Part shown: positions 1-10,616 of the stretch, piece by piece
How positions within the stretch are numbered: the first letter of the stretch is position 1
Layout: each line of letters begins with the position of its first letter
DNA from: an uncultured Eubacteriales bacterium
GTDB lineage: Bacteria > Bacillota_I > Bacilli_A > RF39 > UBA660
DNA length: 64,000 nt
Assembly: GCA_905188025.1 (NCBI GenBank)
Contig: CAJJKI010000002.1
Span: 78,181-142,180, forward strand
Direction: 5' to 3'
Position numbers and translations under genes: made by a program
The notes under the pieces: generated by a model
What the model saw: only the letters and a program-made list of their open reading frames with translations
Told to the model about the DNA's origin: nothing
Databases searched by the model: none

Positions 1-296
1 AGGTTACTAGTGTTAGTAGTGGACTAGAATGTATTAATTATACTAAAAATAAGAAATATGATTTGATATTTTTGGATCATATGATGCCTGAGATGGATGG
101 AATACATACACTATATAATTTAAAGAAGAGAGTTAGTGGATTTGATACTCCAGTAGTAGTACTTACAGCTAATGCTATTGAAGGATCAAAAGATATGTAT
201 TTGAAAGAAGGGTTTGTAGATTATTTATCAAAGCCTATTAATCAAGTAGAATTAGATAGAATATTAAGGGAACAATTACATATAGATGAGGAGTGA
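1..296 (+). CDS. response-regulator receiver (REC) domain, 5' end cut by window edge
   Basis: Frame open from base 3. The sequence ...KKYDLIFLDHMMPEMDG...PVVVLTANA...YLSKP fits CheY-like REC motifs. The stop overlaps the next start (GTGATG). Confidence 0.8.
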   Translation, partial: VTSVSSGLECINYTKNKKYDLIFLDHMMPEMDGIHTLYNLKKRVSGFDTPVVVLTANAIEGSKDMYLKEGFVDYLSKPINQVELDRILREQLHIDEE

Positions 297-1642
297 TGGT
301 TGTGAATCAGAGAATTAAAGAAATACTTAATGATTTGAAGATATTTAGGGGATATAAAATAGCTGATGATAAGGCTTTTTGTGAGAGAGTTGCTAAGAGA
401 CTTGGTAATTTACCTGAAGCAAGTTCATTATGTGGAGAATATGATGAACAAATAGAAGATGCTATTGAAAAAGAATATGAGAGAATGAAATCAGTATCTA
501 ATATAAATATAAATATAAATAGAGAAGTGACTCCTATAGTTAGTAGTGATGATGATATATTTAAAATATTTGGTACTGCTAGAACTCCTAATAGTCAAAA
601 TAAGAGTAATGTTAATGAAAGTAGTAGAGTAGATACTCCTATTGTACCTATCAATATAAAAGATGATAAACAAAAAGAAAAAACAGTAAGAGTTACTCCA
701 GTAGTTAGACCTAGAGTTAATACTGAGATGGTAGATAAAGGTAAAGAAAAGAAAGCAATAGATGAAGTTGATTTAAAAGATACTAAGGTAAGGGTATATG
801 ATATATTAAATAGTATGAGATTTTTAGGAGAGAAGATTATTTTAGAGAATGATGAATATTTTTGTGAGAGAGTAGCTAAGATAATACTTGATAGTGTCGA
901 TGATATAGATTTGATTGAATGTGGAGAATATGATAAAAATATAGAAAAAGTAATTAGAAGTGAGTATCAGGATTTAATAAATGGTAAATGGAAATTTAAA
1001 GAGAAGGAACCACTTGTTAAGATGAATATAGATATTGAAAATATAGATGGAATTAATGATATGAGACTATATGCAAAAGATTACTTATATAAATTAATGG
1101 AAGTATTGGGATATTCATATGATAATAAAAGCGATATAATAGAAAAGATAATTGGGTTGATTGAACCTAGTCATTATATTTTAATAGTTAATGGTAAATA
1201 TGAAGAATATATGAAAACTTTAATTATTTCTAGTAGTAAAGAATATGAAACTGTTTTAGATTCTTTTAGAGTTAATGGAAGATTTGCTTCTTTTACACAA
1301 GAAGAGAGATTAAATATGCTATTAGAGGCTTCTCAAATGGTAAAAGATATGAAGAATAATCAATTATTATCTAATGGAAATGATTTATATCAACAAATTA
1401 ATCAGATTATTGATGTAGTAATTAATAAACATTATTCTAAATTAAAGAATGATATTAATACTGCTAAGAATATAGGATTAGCTGCTGCTACAGCGGTATC
1501 TCCGGCTACTGTTGGAGCTATTTATGGTATATCTTCTTTATATAAGAGAGGAACTGCTGAAGCTGATTATAAACAGTTAGAAAATATACAGGGCATTAAT
1601 CAAATTTTACATGAAGAAGATAGTGGTAGAGGTAGAAGATAA
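296..1642 (+). CDS. hypothetical protein with internal duplication and hydrophobic C-terminal segment
   Basis: Long ORF translationally coupled to the REC gene. It has two copies of an FCERVAK...CGEYD..IE..I..EY module. No family recognised. Confidence 0.7.
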   Translation: MVVNQRIKEILNDLKIFRGYKIADDKAFCERVAKRLGNLPEASSLCGEYDEQIEDAIEKEYERMKSVSNINININREVTPIVSSDDDIFKIFGTARTPNSQNKSNVNESSRVDTPIVPINIKDDKQKEKTVRVTPVVRPRVNTEMVDKGKEKKAIDEVDLKDTKVRVYDILNSMRFLGEKIILENDEYFCERVAKIILDSVDDIDLIECGEYDKNIEKVIRSEYQDLINGKWKFKEKEPLVKMNIDIENIDGINDMRLYAKDYLYKLMEVLGYSYDNKSDIIEKIIGLIEPSHYILIVNGKYEEYMKTLIISSSKEYETVLDSFRVNGRFASFTQEERLNMLLEASQMVKDMKNNQLLSNGNDLYQQINQIIDVVINKHYSKLKNDINTAKNIGLAAATAVSPATVGAIYGISSLYKRGTAEADYKQLENIQGINQILHEEDSGRGRR

Positions 1643-1655
1643 ATAATTAAATGTG

Positions 1656-1695
1656 AAAGAGTACCTTACGATATGTTTGGTACTCTTTGTTTTTG
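1656..1695. terminator. intrinsic terminator between convergent genes
   Basis: AAAGAGTACC (1656-1665) pairs with GGTACTCTTT (1679-1688), followed by GTTTTT. Confidence 0.6.
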
Positions 1696-1766
1696 GGTTC
1701 TTTGTCAAATAGTTGGTGCAACCCAAAATAATGATAAAGAACCTCTTTTGATAAGTTGACTTTTAT

Positions 1767-4298
1767 TTATTTTATTTTGTTTTTTAATTTATATAGAATG
1801 TTCATAGCTTCTATTGGGGTTATTTCTAAGATATTTAATTCTTCTAATTCTTTTTCGATAGGGCTTTCTTTTGGTTCAAAATCTAGAGGGAGAGTTGTTT
1901 GAATAACAATATCTCTTTTAGCTTCTTTCTTTTCATATACTGATAAGATTTCTTCAGCACGATCAGTTACTTCTTTAGGAAGATTAGCTAGTTTTGCAAC
2001 ATTTATACCATAGCTTTTATCGATAGAGCCATCTTTTACTTTATGTAGGAATGTTATTTTTCCATCTTTTTCTTCAGCACTAACATGTTTGTTTTTAAGT
2101 TTATCAAGAGTATTTTCTAGATCAGTTAGTTCATGATAGTGAGTAGAGAAAAGGGTTTTACATGCTATTTTGTTGTTGATATATTCAAGAATAGCTTGAG
2201 CTAAACTCATACCATCGAATGTTGCTGTTCCGCGACCTAGTTCATCAAACAAGATAAGGCTATCAGGAGTAGCATTTTTTATGGCATTAGCAGCTTCAGT
2301 CATTTCTACCATGAAGGTAGATTCACCACTTACTAAATCATCACTAGCTCCGATACGAGTAAATATTTTATCAAAGATAGGGAGAATAGCTTTTTTAGCG
2401 GGAACATAGCATCCTATTTGAGCCATGATGGTAATTATTCCTAGTTCACGCATATAAGTAGATTTACCAGCCATGTTAGGACCAGTTATTAAGAGGATGG
2501 AAGTTTTAGGATCCATAATGATATCGTTAGGAATATAATTTTCATTGATTACTTTTTCTACGACAGGATGACGACCATCAATTATTTCTAGATTATGTTC
2601 TTTAGTTAGAGTAGGTCGAGTATAATTATATTTTTCACTGATAAGAGCGAATGATGATAAGACATCTATTTCACTGATAGTTTTAGCTATTTCTTGAATA
2701 ATATGAGTATATTCATTACAAGTATTACGAATATTAATGAATAGATCATACTCTAGATTAATTATTTTTTCTTCTGCTGATAGGACAAGATCTTCTTTTT
2801 CTTTGAGGATAGGGTTGATGAAACGTTCGCAGTTAGTTAATGTTTGTTTACGAATATAACCATATTCTTCTTTAACTAGTGGTAAGTTACCTTTGGATAT
2901 TTCTATGTAGTATCCGAAGACTTTATTGAATCCTACTTTAAGGTTTTTGATACCAGTTCTTTCTCTTTCTTCTTGTTCATAGTTACTGATGAAGTCTTTA
3001 CCACCACTACGAAGATCTTTTAATTCATCTAGTTCTTTATTATAGCCTGGTTTTATGAGATAGCCTTCTTTTAGAGTTTGTGGGGGTGTTTCATAGAGGG
3101 AAGACTCTAAAAGATTATATAAGTTAGAGATATCAGGAAGGGTTGTATAGTTGATAAGACTTAGGATCTTGTTAATTTCAGGTAATACTTTTAGGGATTC
3201 TTTTAGTTGGATTAGATCTCTAGCGTTGGCTGATCCTAGAGAGATACGACCACATAATCTTTCTAAATCATAGACGTCATATAGATACTTACGAAGATCT
3301 TCACTTAGAATAAATTCTTCGAGAAGAGTAGCTACGGTATCATAACGATGATTAATTTTATCTATATCAAGTAAAGGGGATTCAATCCAAGACTTTAATA
3401 GACGGCCTCCCATAGCAGTTTTAGTTTCATCTAGAAGCCATAAAAGAGAATACATTCTTTCTTTATTACGAATACTTTCAGTTAACTCTAAGTTTCTTTT
3501 GGTATGAATATCCATTTTTAAATATTCATTATTGATTCTTATAGATAGTTTTTGAAAGTGAGAGATATTTCTTTTTAGATTAATAGTTAAATAATATATT
3601 AAGTGTTTAGTACCTATTAAATATCTTTCATCAGTAATATTTTCAGTGATATAACTATAATTATTTTCTTCATATAGTGAGTCAGTTATTGTGATAGGGA
3701 GTTTATAGATATTTTTTAATGAAGAGATAATTTCTTTATTTACTTTAGAGTTGGCAATTATTTCTTTGATACCTAGATAGATTATTTTATTGATAATGAT
3801 ATTGGGATCTTGTTCTAAGACTTCTGAATAGATTTCACCAGTAGTTATATCAGCATATGTTAGGATGTAACAGTATCCTAATGAATAGAGGCTGGCTAAG
3901 TAATTGTTTTCTTTTTCATTTAAGGAATTGGCAGTGATGACTGATCCGGATGATATTACTTCAGTGATATCTCTTTTAACGATACCTTTAGCAGTTTTAG
4001 GATCTTCTAATTGTTCACATATAGCTACTTTATAGCCTTTTTTGATAAGTTTATCTATATAAATATCAACAGCATGATGGGGAACACCACACATTGGGAC
4101 TCTTTCTTCTAAACCGGCATTTCTTCCGGTAAGAGTTAATTCTAATTCATGGCTGACTAATTCAGCGTCTTCAAAGAACATTTCATAGAAGTCTCCTAAC
4201 CTGTATAAAATAATTGTATCGGGATTGTTTTCTTTTAATGATACATAGTGTTGCATCATTGGAGCTAATTTTGTTTTGTCTACTTCACATAATTTCAT
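1767..4298 (-). CDS. mutS: DNA mismatch repair protein MutS
   Basis: Contains PMMQHY, GDFYE, TGPNMAGKSTYMR Walker A, DELGRGT and STHYHEL motifs. The ATG at 4298 is preferred over the TTG at 4316. Confidence 0.95.
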   Translation of the reverse strand: MKLCEVDKTKLAPMMQHYVSLKENNPDTIILYRLGDFYEMFFEDAELVSHELELTLTGRNAGLEERVPMCGVPHHAVDIYIDKLIKKGYKVAICEQLEDPKTAKGIVKRDITEVISSGSVITANSLNEKENNYLASLYSLGYCYILTYADITTGEIYSEVLEQDPNIIINKIIYLGIKEIIANSKVNKEIISSLKNIYKLPITITDSLYEENNYSYITENITDERYLIGTKHLIYYLTINLKRNISHFQKLSIRINNEYLKMDIHTKRNLELTESIRNKERMYSLLWLLDETKTAMGGRLLKSWIESPLLDIDKINHRYDTVATLLEEFILSEDLRKYLYDVYDLERLCGRISLGSANARDLIQLKESLKVLPEINKILSLINYTTLPDISNLYNLLESSLYETPPQTLKEGYLIKPGYNKELDELKDLRSGGKDFISNYEQEERERTGIKNLKVGFNKVFGYYIEISKGNLPLVKEEYGYIRKQTLTNCERFINPILKEKEDLVLSAEEKIINLEYDLFINIRNTCNEYTHIIQEIAKTISEIDVLSSFALISEKYNYTRPTLTKEHNLEIIDGRHPVVEKVINENYIPNDIIMDPKTSILLITGPNMAGKSTYMRELGIITIMAQIGCYVPAKKAILPIFDKIFTRIGASDDLVSGESTFMVEMTEAANAIKNATPDSLILFDELGRGTATFDGMSLAQAILEYINNKIACKTLFSTHYHELTDLENTLDKLKNKHVSAEEKDGKITFLHKVKDGSIDKSYGINVAKLANLPKEVTDRAEEILSVYEKKEAKRDIVIQTTLPLDFEPKESPIEKELEELNILEITPIEAMNILYKLKNKIK

Positions 4299-4381
4299 AT
4301 TTATCACAACTTTCAATCCATATTATAGCAAAAAATAGAAGTTAAAATCAAGGAAATGTTAATAAGAATGAAAAAGAATCT

Positions 4382-5200
4382 CTAGGGAGACTCTGTGATA
4401 TTTTGGGATAGGGGTACTATTTTGTAACCTTTACTTAATATATAATCGATGATACTAGATAATTCTTGAGTGTTGTTTATGAGATAGATACTACCATTAG
4501 ATAGATTATTTTTTATTTGATTTAGATTAGTAGGAGTTGTATAGATAGAAGACATTTTATTATTTGAACAGTTGGATAGGGAAGTAGAATTCTTTTCAGT
4601 GAATAGGCAATAGATAGATTTATTATTAGATTTATTATTGATGATATTGTTAGCTATTAAGAGATTATCTTTAGTATATTTACCCATATTACCATAATTA
4701 TATATTTCATTATCTTTGATGGTATCTATTAAACTGATATTATTATTTAGATAGGTGCTATCTATGAAGAAATTTATGGGTACATGATATTTATTTATAG
4801 TAGTTAGAATGTTATCTAGGGTGTTACTGTTATTTAAAATATAGATGAGGGAGATATTTTTTTTATAGGGATTACCACTTATAAGATAGAGATTATAGTT
4901 ATTGTAGATAGAGTTATTTGGATATATGGCTTCATAGATGAGGAGAGAAGCGTCATATGAACTGAGTTTTTTCATGGATTTATAGCTAGCTTCTAGATTA
5001 ACTTCTTTACCAATATTGCCTGGTATGATAGTGTCATCTTTGATAATAGCATCAATAGGGGCGATGTTTAGATCATAAGCTTCATTTTTAATCTTTATCA
5101 TTATTTCATCTTGTTCCATAGAGACATCGATTATTTTTTCAGTATATAGAAAAGTAAAACAAAATAGACAGAATAGACCAATTATTTTAATAACTTTCAT
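4382..5200 (-). CDS. hypothetical N-terminally anchored, Asn-rich protein (possibly a degenerate polysaccharide-deacetylase-like fold)
   Basis: AGGTGA SD precedes the ATG, and a single N-terminal TM segment is present. The segment ISLIYILNNSN...HVPINFFIDS loosely resembles a NodB layout but lacks the catalytic Asp/His residues. Confidence 0.55.
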   Translation of the reverse strand: MKVIKIIGLFCLFCFTFLYTEKIIDVSMEQDEIMIKIKNEAYDLNIAPIDAIIKDDTIIPGNIGKEVNLEASYKSMKKLSSYDASLLIYEAIYPNNSIYNNYNLYLISGNPYKKNISLIYILNNSNTLDNILTTINKYHVPINFFIDSTYLNNNISLIDTIKDNEIYNYGNMGKYTKDNLLIANNIINNKSNNKSIYCLFTEKNSTSLSNCSNNKMSSIYTTPTNLNQIKNNLSNGSIYLINNTQELSSIIDYILSKGYKIVPLSQNITESP

Positions 5201-5290
5201 GTATGATCACCTAGTAAATGATATGAAAATAGTTGTTTACTTATACATTAATTTATGATAAGATTAAGTTAATAAAGTAGGTGATGTGAT

Positions 5291-5830
5291 ATGAATAATA
5301 AAGGATTTACTTTGATTGAATTATTGGCGGTTATTGTGATACTAGTGGGAATATCATTAACTGCAGTTATGGGGATTAGTGCTTCTTTAGAAAGAAGAGA
5401 TGAGAAAGAATGCTATGAACAGGTAGAGTTTGCAGTTAATGCAGCGAAGATATATTTTTCTTTAAATGATAATATAAAAGAAGTAACAGTGGGTACTTTA
5501 AAGAGTGATGGATACTTTGATAGTAAGAAGATTGATAAGCTTAGTATTTATGATAAGATAAGTATTGGTGGGGATAAGTATTTATTTAATGAAAACGAAG
5601 TAACTAATAAGATTAAATGTAGTAATAAAGGGGGAATAATACTAGGAGATTTAAATTATGATGAGAAGATAAATCAAGATGATTTAGATATTTTAGATAA
5701 ATATTTGAGAGGGGAAGGTATGGATGAAGATTTACTTAAATATGCTGATGTTAATAAAGATGGGTGGATTAATCAGAAAGATAGAGAATTAATGCAAAAG
5801 TATATTAATGGAGAGATTGATAAATTTTAG
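5291..5830 (+). CDS. type IV pilin/pseudopilin-like protein with C-terminal dockerin-type repeats
   Basis: Prepilin motif KG|FTLIELLAVIVIL at the N-terminus. The C-terminus has two Ca-binding dockerin-like repeats: DLNYDEKINQDDLDILDKYL and DVNKDGWINQKDRELMQKYI. Confidence 0.75.
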   Translation: MNNKGFTLIELLAVIVILVGISLTAVMGISASLERRDEKECYEQVEFAVNAAKIYFSLNDNIKEVTVGTLKSDGYFDSKKIDKLSIYDKISIGGDKYLFNENEVTNKIKCSNKGGIILGDLNYDEKINQDDLDILDKYLRGEGMDEDLLKYADVNKDGWINQKDRELMQKYINGEIDKF

Positions 5831-5832
5831 TA

Positions 5833-7359
5833 TTAGATAGAATCAATAGTTATTTTAGAAGATATGTTTTTAATAGTAGAGGTAATATGATCTTTATCTT
5901 CTTTGGATAAGAGGGGATTATTATTTAAGAGAGTGAGATAGTCTTTTACTTTAGAGAGAAGGCTATCTTCTTTTTTAGATAGATATAATTCATAGTAGGT
6001 TGTTAATAGAAGGATTTGGGCTTTGTCAAAGGAAGAGATTGATTCTAGTAATTGGATAGATTTTGACAAGTCTTTAGTTATTCCTAGAGAGGCACAGCCA
6101 GGGATATAGAAATTAGTTACTAAGTTTATTATATTCCAGGGATATAGAGTACTTTTAGGAGCAGTAGAACCAATAGTGAAATATTTATATGAGAGAGATA
6201 GATCTTTATTAGTACCTAGACCTTTTAGATAGAAGAGGCCTACTTTATTACAGGCCCAAGATTCTTCCATATTAGCACTAGCTAGGTAACAAGAGAAGGC
6301 TTTTTGATAGTCTTTTTTTTCTTCATATATTTTACCTAGATTATTATAGGCATAGGGATAGTTTCTAGAGATAGCTTTATTAAAGTAAGAGATAGCTTTA
6401 TCTAGATTTATTTCTTTATGGGGATTAGTACCTGATAGATAGCATAATCCGAGGGTATTTAGAGAAGAGACACTATTTAGAGATTCGGCTTTTTTGAGAT
6501 ATGACCAAGCTAGTGATAGGTCATCATTGGATAGAGAACCTATTTTTTTAGTTAGAATCATGTGAGCAAGAATCCAACAGGAAGTTGGATGATTATAATT
6601 AGCTGCTAATTCATGATAAGAATAAGCTAGTTCATAGTTAGGAGTACCTGAAATATAGCCCATGTATTCTAGATTACCTAGTTCATTTAAGGCATAAGGA
6701 TTATTCTTTGAAGCAAGGCTTTTTAATGATGGGATGAGACTGATGCCTTCAGAGAATTTTAATTCAAGATATTCTTTAAGGCTGTCTACAGATATATTAG
6801 TATTTCTTAATATTTCATCAATAGTAGTGTTTACTAAGTCTTTATCATAGATAGGTTGCTTCTTTTCTAGAATAGTAAAGAATAATACTTGACAGATACA
6901 TTCATAATAATTTTCTTCTTTTAAGAGATGGAGATAATTATTTTTGAAATTATATGGAACATATAGATCGTTTTTAATATATGGATGAATAGAGTAAGCT
7001 AGAGTTTTTAGACGAGAAGAAGTATTTAGGGAAGAGATGCTATCATATGAGGTTATTTGACCAGTCATTATAGATAAAAGATTATTAATGATAGGGATTA
7101 AGACTGATTTATCTTTAGACCATTTTTTTTGATAGATAAGATATATTTGTTTATAATTATTACCAATAGCACGATATCCAGTACAATAATTACCTACTGT
7201 AGTATCAGAAATATTTTCAATATTGAAGAGAATACAAAATATTTCAGTTTGAATAGCGGAAGACTTATTGATAGAGTTCTTTTTTATTTCATTAAAGAGA
7301 TTTCCTAAAGATAAATGATTAGGATTATTATTTAATTTTAGATATGTCACAAGTATCAC
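5833..7359 (-). CDS. Sel1/TPR-like repeat protein
   Basis: Repeated A..LG..Y..G.G...D...A..YF modules, e.g. NTLGLCYLSG...DKAISYFNKA and NKVGLFYLKGLGTNKDLSLSYKYF. GTG start. Confidence 0.7.
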   Translation of the reverse strand: MILVTYLKLNNNPNHLSLGNLFNEIKKNSINKSSAIQTEIFCILFNIENISDTTVGNYCTGYRAIGNNYKQIYLIYQKKWSKDKSVLIPIINNLLSIMTGQITSYDSISSLNTSSRLKTLAYSIHPYIKNDLYVPYNFKNNYLHLLKEENYYECICQVLFFTILEKKQPIYDKDLVNTTIDEILRNTNISVDSLKEYLELKFSEGISLIPSLKSLASKNNPYALNELGNLEYMGYISGTPNYELAYSYHELAANYNHPTSCWILAHMILTKKIGSLSNDDLSLAWSYLKKAESLNSVSSLNTLGLCYLSGTNPHKEINLDKAISYFNKAISRNYPYAYNNLGKIYEEKKDYQKAFSCYLASANMEESWACNKVGLFYLKGLGTNKDLSLSYKYFTIGSTAPKSTLYPWNIINLVTNFYIPGCASLGITKDLSKSIQLLESISSFDKAQILLLTTYYELYLSKKEDSLLSKVKDYLTLLNNNPLLSKEDKDHITSTIKNISSKITIDSI

Positions 7360-7476
7360 CTATCTATATAATAGCATATTTTGTGGATATTGTGAAGAAT
7401 TATTTTTGATGATGTGGACTATAGTAAGTTATCTTATGGATATGAAAGCGATATACTGTTAATAGGAGGAGAAAAA

Positions 7477-8712
7477 ATGAAAGTGCTTAAGAATTATAAA
7501 TCAATGATTATATTGATAGGTGCAATAATATTAGGGGGACTTGTTGGTTTATTATGGGGAGAGGGAGCTCAGGTATTGAGTCCTTTTGGAGATTTATTTT
7601 TAAATATGCTATTAATAATAGTAGTACCTTTGATATTTTTAACTATTACGGGATCTATATATAAGATGAAGCAACCTAAGAGGGTTGGAAAGATATTGGG
7701 AACAACGTTTTTAATATTTTTAATAACTTCAGTAGTAGCAGTATTTATAGGAATAGGTGCTACTTATAGTATGAGATTAGTTGATCCGGATGATGGTGAG
7801 AGAATTAAAGAGGGACTGGTTATTCAGGGAGAAGAGGAAGAAGTATCTACGGAGTTAAATATTTTAGATAAGACAGTAGAAGCAATATCAGTAAACGACT
7901 TTGTTAAATTATTATCTAGAGATAATATGATTGCTTTAATAGTGGTAGCAATACTTACAGGAATAGCAATGAGTATGAGTCCTGATAAGGCAAAGCCAAT
8001 GTATGAATTTATTGAGTCTGCTACGGAAGTGCTTATGAATTTTATTAAGATAGTTATGTATTATGCTCCAATTGGATTAGGTTGTTATTTTGCTGCTTTA
8101 GTAGGAACTTTTGGTAGTCAAATAGCAGTAGGATACTTTAAGACATTTATTATTTATTTAGTGGCTTCAGTAGTATTCTATTTTGTAGTATATTCAATAT
8201 ATGCTTATATTAGTGGAGGAAAGAAAGGCTTTAAGGCTTTTTGGAAGAATATAATTCCTTCTACGGTGACTTCACTTGCTACTTGTTCATCAGCAGCTTC
8301 AATGCCAGTAAATATAGAGTGTACTAAAAAGATGGGAGTACCTGATGATATAGCTGAGACTACAGTATCTTTAGGAACTAGCTTTCATAAAGATGGATCA
8401 GTTATGGGTAGTGTATTTAAGATAATGTTTTTAGTATATTTATTTAATGGTTTTGGAGATATATCAATACTAAAGATAATGGGAATAGCTTTAGTGGCTA
8501 CATTACTTGTAACAGCGGTACCAATAGGTGGAGGTACAATATCAGAGATGCTTATTATTACAATGCTTGGTTATCCAGTAGCAGCTTTACCGATACTAAC
8601 AATAATTGCTACAATAATAGATCCGCCAGCTACAGTGCTTAATGTAGTAGGAGATAGTGCTTCAGCAATGTTAACTAGTAGAATAGTTGATGGAAAAAAA
8701 TGGATTAAATAA
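7477..8712 (+). CDS. dicarboxylate/amino acid:cation symporter (DAACS family)
   Basis: Multi-TM protein with ATCSSAASMPV and DPPATVLNVVGDSASAM motifs typical of GltP/SstT-type carriers. GGAGGAG SD precedes the ATG at 7477. Confidence 0.9.
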   Translation: MKVLKNYKSMIILIGAIILGGLVGLLWGEGAQVLSPFGDLFLNMLLIIVVPLIFLTITGSIYKMKQPKRVGKILGTTFLIFLITSVVAVFIGIGATYSMRLVDPDDGERIKEGLVIQGEEEEVSTELNILDKTVEAISVNDFVKLLSRDNMIALIVVAILTGIAMSMSPDKAKPMYEFIESATEVLMNFIKIVMYYAPIGLGCYFAALVGTFGSQIAVGYFKTFIIYLVASVVFYFVVYSIYAYISGGKKGFKAFWKNIIPSTVTSLATCSSAASMPVNIECTKKMGVPDDIAETTVSLGTSFHKDGSVMGSVFKIMFLVYLFNGFGDISILKIMGIALVATLLVTAVPIGGGTISEMLIITMLGYPVAALPILTIIATIIDPPATVLNVVGDSASAMLTSRIVDGKKWIK

Positions 8713-8724
8713 AAAGAAAAAAGC

Positions 8725-9096
8725 TCATTTCTTAGAGGAATGAGCTTTGTAGATCATGATATGATTTATGATAGTAGCTATGTTGTGATCGTTTATTGTA
8801 ATATAGTTATCTTTTGATACATATATCTTTAATTCGCTACCAAGATTTTTTTCTACTTTAGTGATATCACTTAGATATGTTTTAAAGATTACTTCTTTTT
8901 TCTTTATGGGAGATATTCTTCCAGAACATCTTAAGTCTTCTTCTGAGTTGTTGATATTGCTAGGGTTACTTAATACAAATAGACGGATATTAGTTAAAAT
9001 GATAGTAAAAGTACTGTAATTATCTTTTTCATACATTTTAACGTCATCTATTATGTGTATTATTTCTTCGTTTTCTAATAAGTGAATATCGTACAT
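8725..9096 (-). CDS. hypothetical protein (possibly a bacterial PH-like domain)
   Basis: 123-codon ORF with its own ATG. No diagnostic motif. Confidence 0.5.
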   Translation of the reverse strand: MYDIHLLENEEIIHIIDDVKMYEKDNYSTFTIILTNIRLFVLSNPSNINNSEEDLRCSGRISPIKKKEVIFKTYLSDITKVEKNLGSELKIYVSKDNYITINDHNIATIINHIMIYKAHSSKK

Positions 9097-9170
9097 ATAA
9101 GACTCCTTTCAATAGTATTATATCATATTATTTAAATATCTATCAAAAAAACTCACTTAGTGAGTTAATA

Positions 9171-9407
9171 TTATTCTTCTTCGGGAATATCATCAAATAA
9201 TTTCTTAATAGGTATTTCTAAGCCGGATGCAATTCTTTCAACGGCGTCTAAAGAGAAGGTTGATGCCATTGTAAATGACTCAATTTCACGAATATATCCA
9301 TGAGATAAACCAGAAGCATCAGCTAATTCTTGTTGTGTCATTTTCTTTGCTTTACGGTATTTCTTAATATTATATCTAACGGTATCATAAATATTATATC
9401 TATTCAT
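9171..9407 (-). CDS. XRE-family helix-turn-helix transcriptional regulator
   Basis: KKMTQQELADASGLSHGYIREIE is a classic HTH_3 pattern. AAGAGGTGAA SD precedes the ATG at 9407. Confidence 0.85.
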   Translation of the reverse strand: MNRYNIYDTVRYNIKKYRKAKKMTQQELADASGLSHGYIREIESFTMASTFSLDAVERIASGLEIPIKKLFDDIPEEE

Positions 9408-9535
9408 GTATTCACCTCTTGTAAATATTTTCTCATAAATAAAATGAAAAATATGTAGAGGAATTGTATACATATCAAGGGATAAATCGACAATTTTTTT
9501 GCTTTTTTAGGCATATAATTATGATGGTGATTAAA

Positions 9536-10492
9536 ATGAATAAGTTATATATGGGAATAGATATTGGATCTATATCTACTAAAGGAGTTATTATTGATGA
9601 ATATGATAATATTATAGCTAGTTGTTATTTATATACGGAGGGTAATCCGATAAGGGCAGTGAAGATGGTTGTTAAGAAGATGAGGGATGAGATAGATTTA
9701 AATAAGTATCAGGTGGTATCGGTAGGGACGACGGGATCTGCTAGAAAGTTGATTGGTACAATGCTTGGGGCTAGTACAATTAAGAATGAGATAACGGCTC
9801 ATGCAGTGGGAACGATTAGATTGTATCCAAATGTTAGAACAATATTTGAGATAGGAGGGCAAGATTCAAAGATTACACTTGTTAATAACGGGATAGTGTG
9901 TGATTATGCGATGAATACATTATGTGCTGCTGGTACAGGGGCTTTTATATCATCTTTGGCTAAGAGACTGGATGTGAATATTGAAGATGTAGCAAGGGTG
10001 GCTTTTAGTAGTCAAAATAAAGTATCAATAGCTGCTAGGTGTACAGTATTTGCCGAATCTGATTTAATTCATAAAATACAAGCAGGGTATAAAAAAGAAG
10101 ATATAATAGCAGGAGTATGTAGAGCAGTAGCAGTTAACTATATAAATAATGTTGCTAAAGGAAAAAAGATAATGGCTCCGATAGTATTTAATGGAGGAGT
10201 TAGTAAGAATGCAGCAGTAGTTAGAGCATTTGAGGAAATAACTCATGAGAAGATAATAGTTAATAGAAATTCACATTTGATGGGAGCTTTTGGAATAGCT
10301 ATAATGGCTAAAGAAAGTAAAAAAGAAAGTGTATTTAACTTTGATATAGATAACTTAAGAGTAGAGACAAAAATAGTTAATTGTGGAAGATGTGCTAATA
10401 ACTGTGAAATAGTAGCAGTATATAAAAATGATAATTTAATTGATCATTATGGAAATAGATGTGAAAGAGGGAATTTAGTTAAAAATACATAA
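9536..10492 (+). CDS. BadF/BadG/BcrA/BcrD-type ATPase (acyl-CoA dehydratase activase-like) with C-terminal Cys cluster
   Basis: Contains GIDIGSISTKGV, GTTGSAR, EIGGQDSK, CAAGTGAF and RCTVFAESD motifs. C-terminal CGRCANNCE...NRCERG cluster. Confidence 0.8.
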   Translation: MNKLYMGIDIGSISTKGVIIDEYDNIIASCYLYTEGNPIRAVKMVVKKMRDEIDLNKYQVVSVGTTGSARKLIGTMLGASTIKNEITAHAVGTIRLYPNVRTIFEIGGQDSKITLVNNGIVCDYAMNTLCAAGTGAFISSLAKRLDVNIEDVARVAFSSQNKVSIAARCTVFAESDLIHKIQAGYKKEDIIAGVCRAVAVNYINNVAKGKKIMAPIVFNGGVSKNAAVVRAFEEITHEKIIVNRNSHLMGAFGIAIMAKESKKESVFNFDIDNLRVETKIVNCGRCANNCEIVAVYKNDNLIDHYGNRCERGNLVKNT

Positions 10493-10616
10493 AGATATAA
10501 AATAATTAGAATGATCTAGTTATTTTTTCTTTACTTAGATAGATATTTTTTGTAAATAAATGGATTATTATTGTATATAAAGATTTTTTTTAGTATAATT
10601 TTAGTATGAAGAAAGT

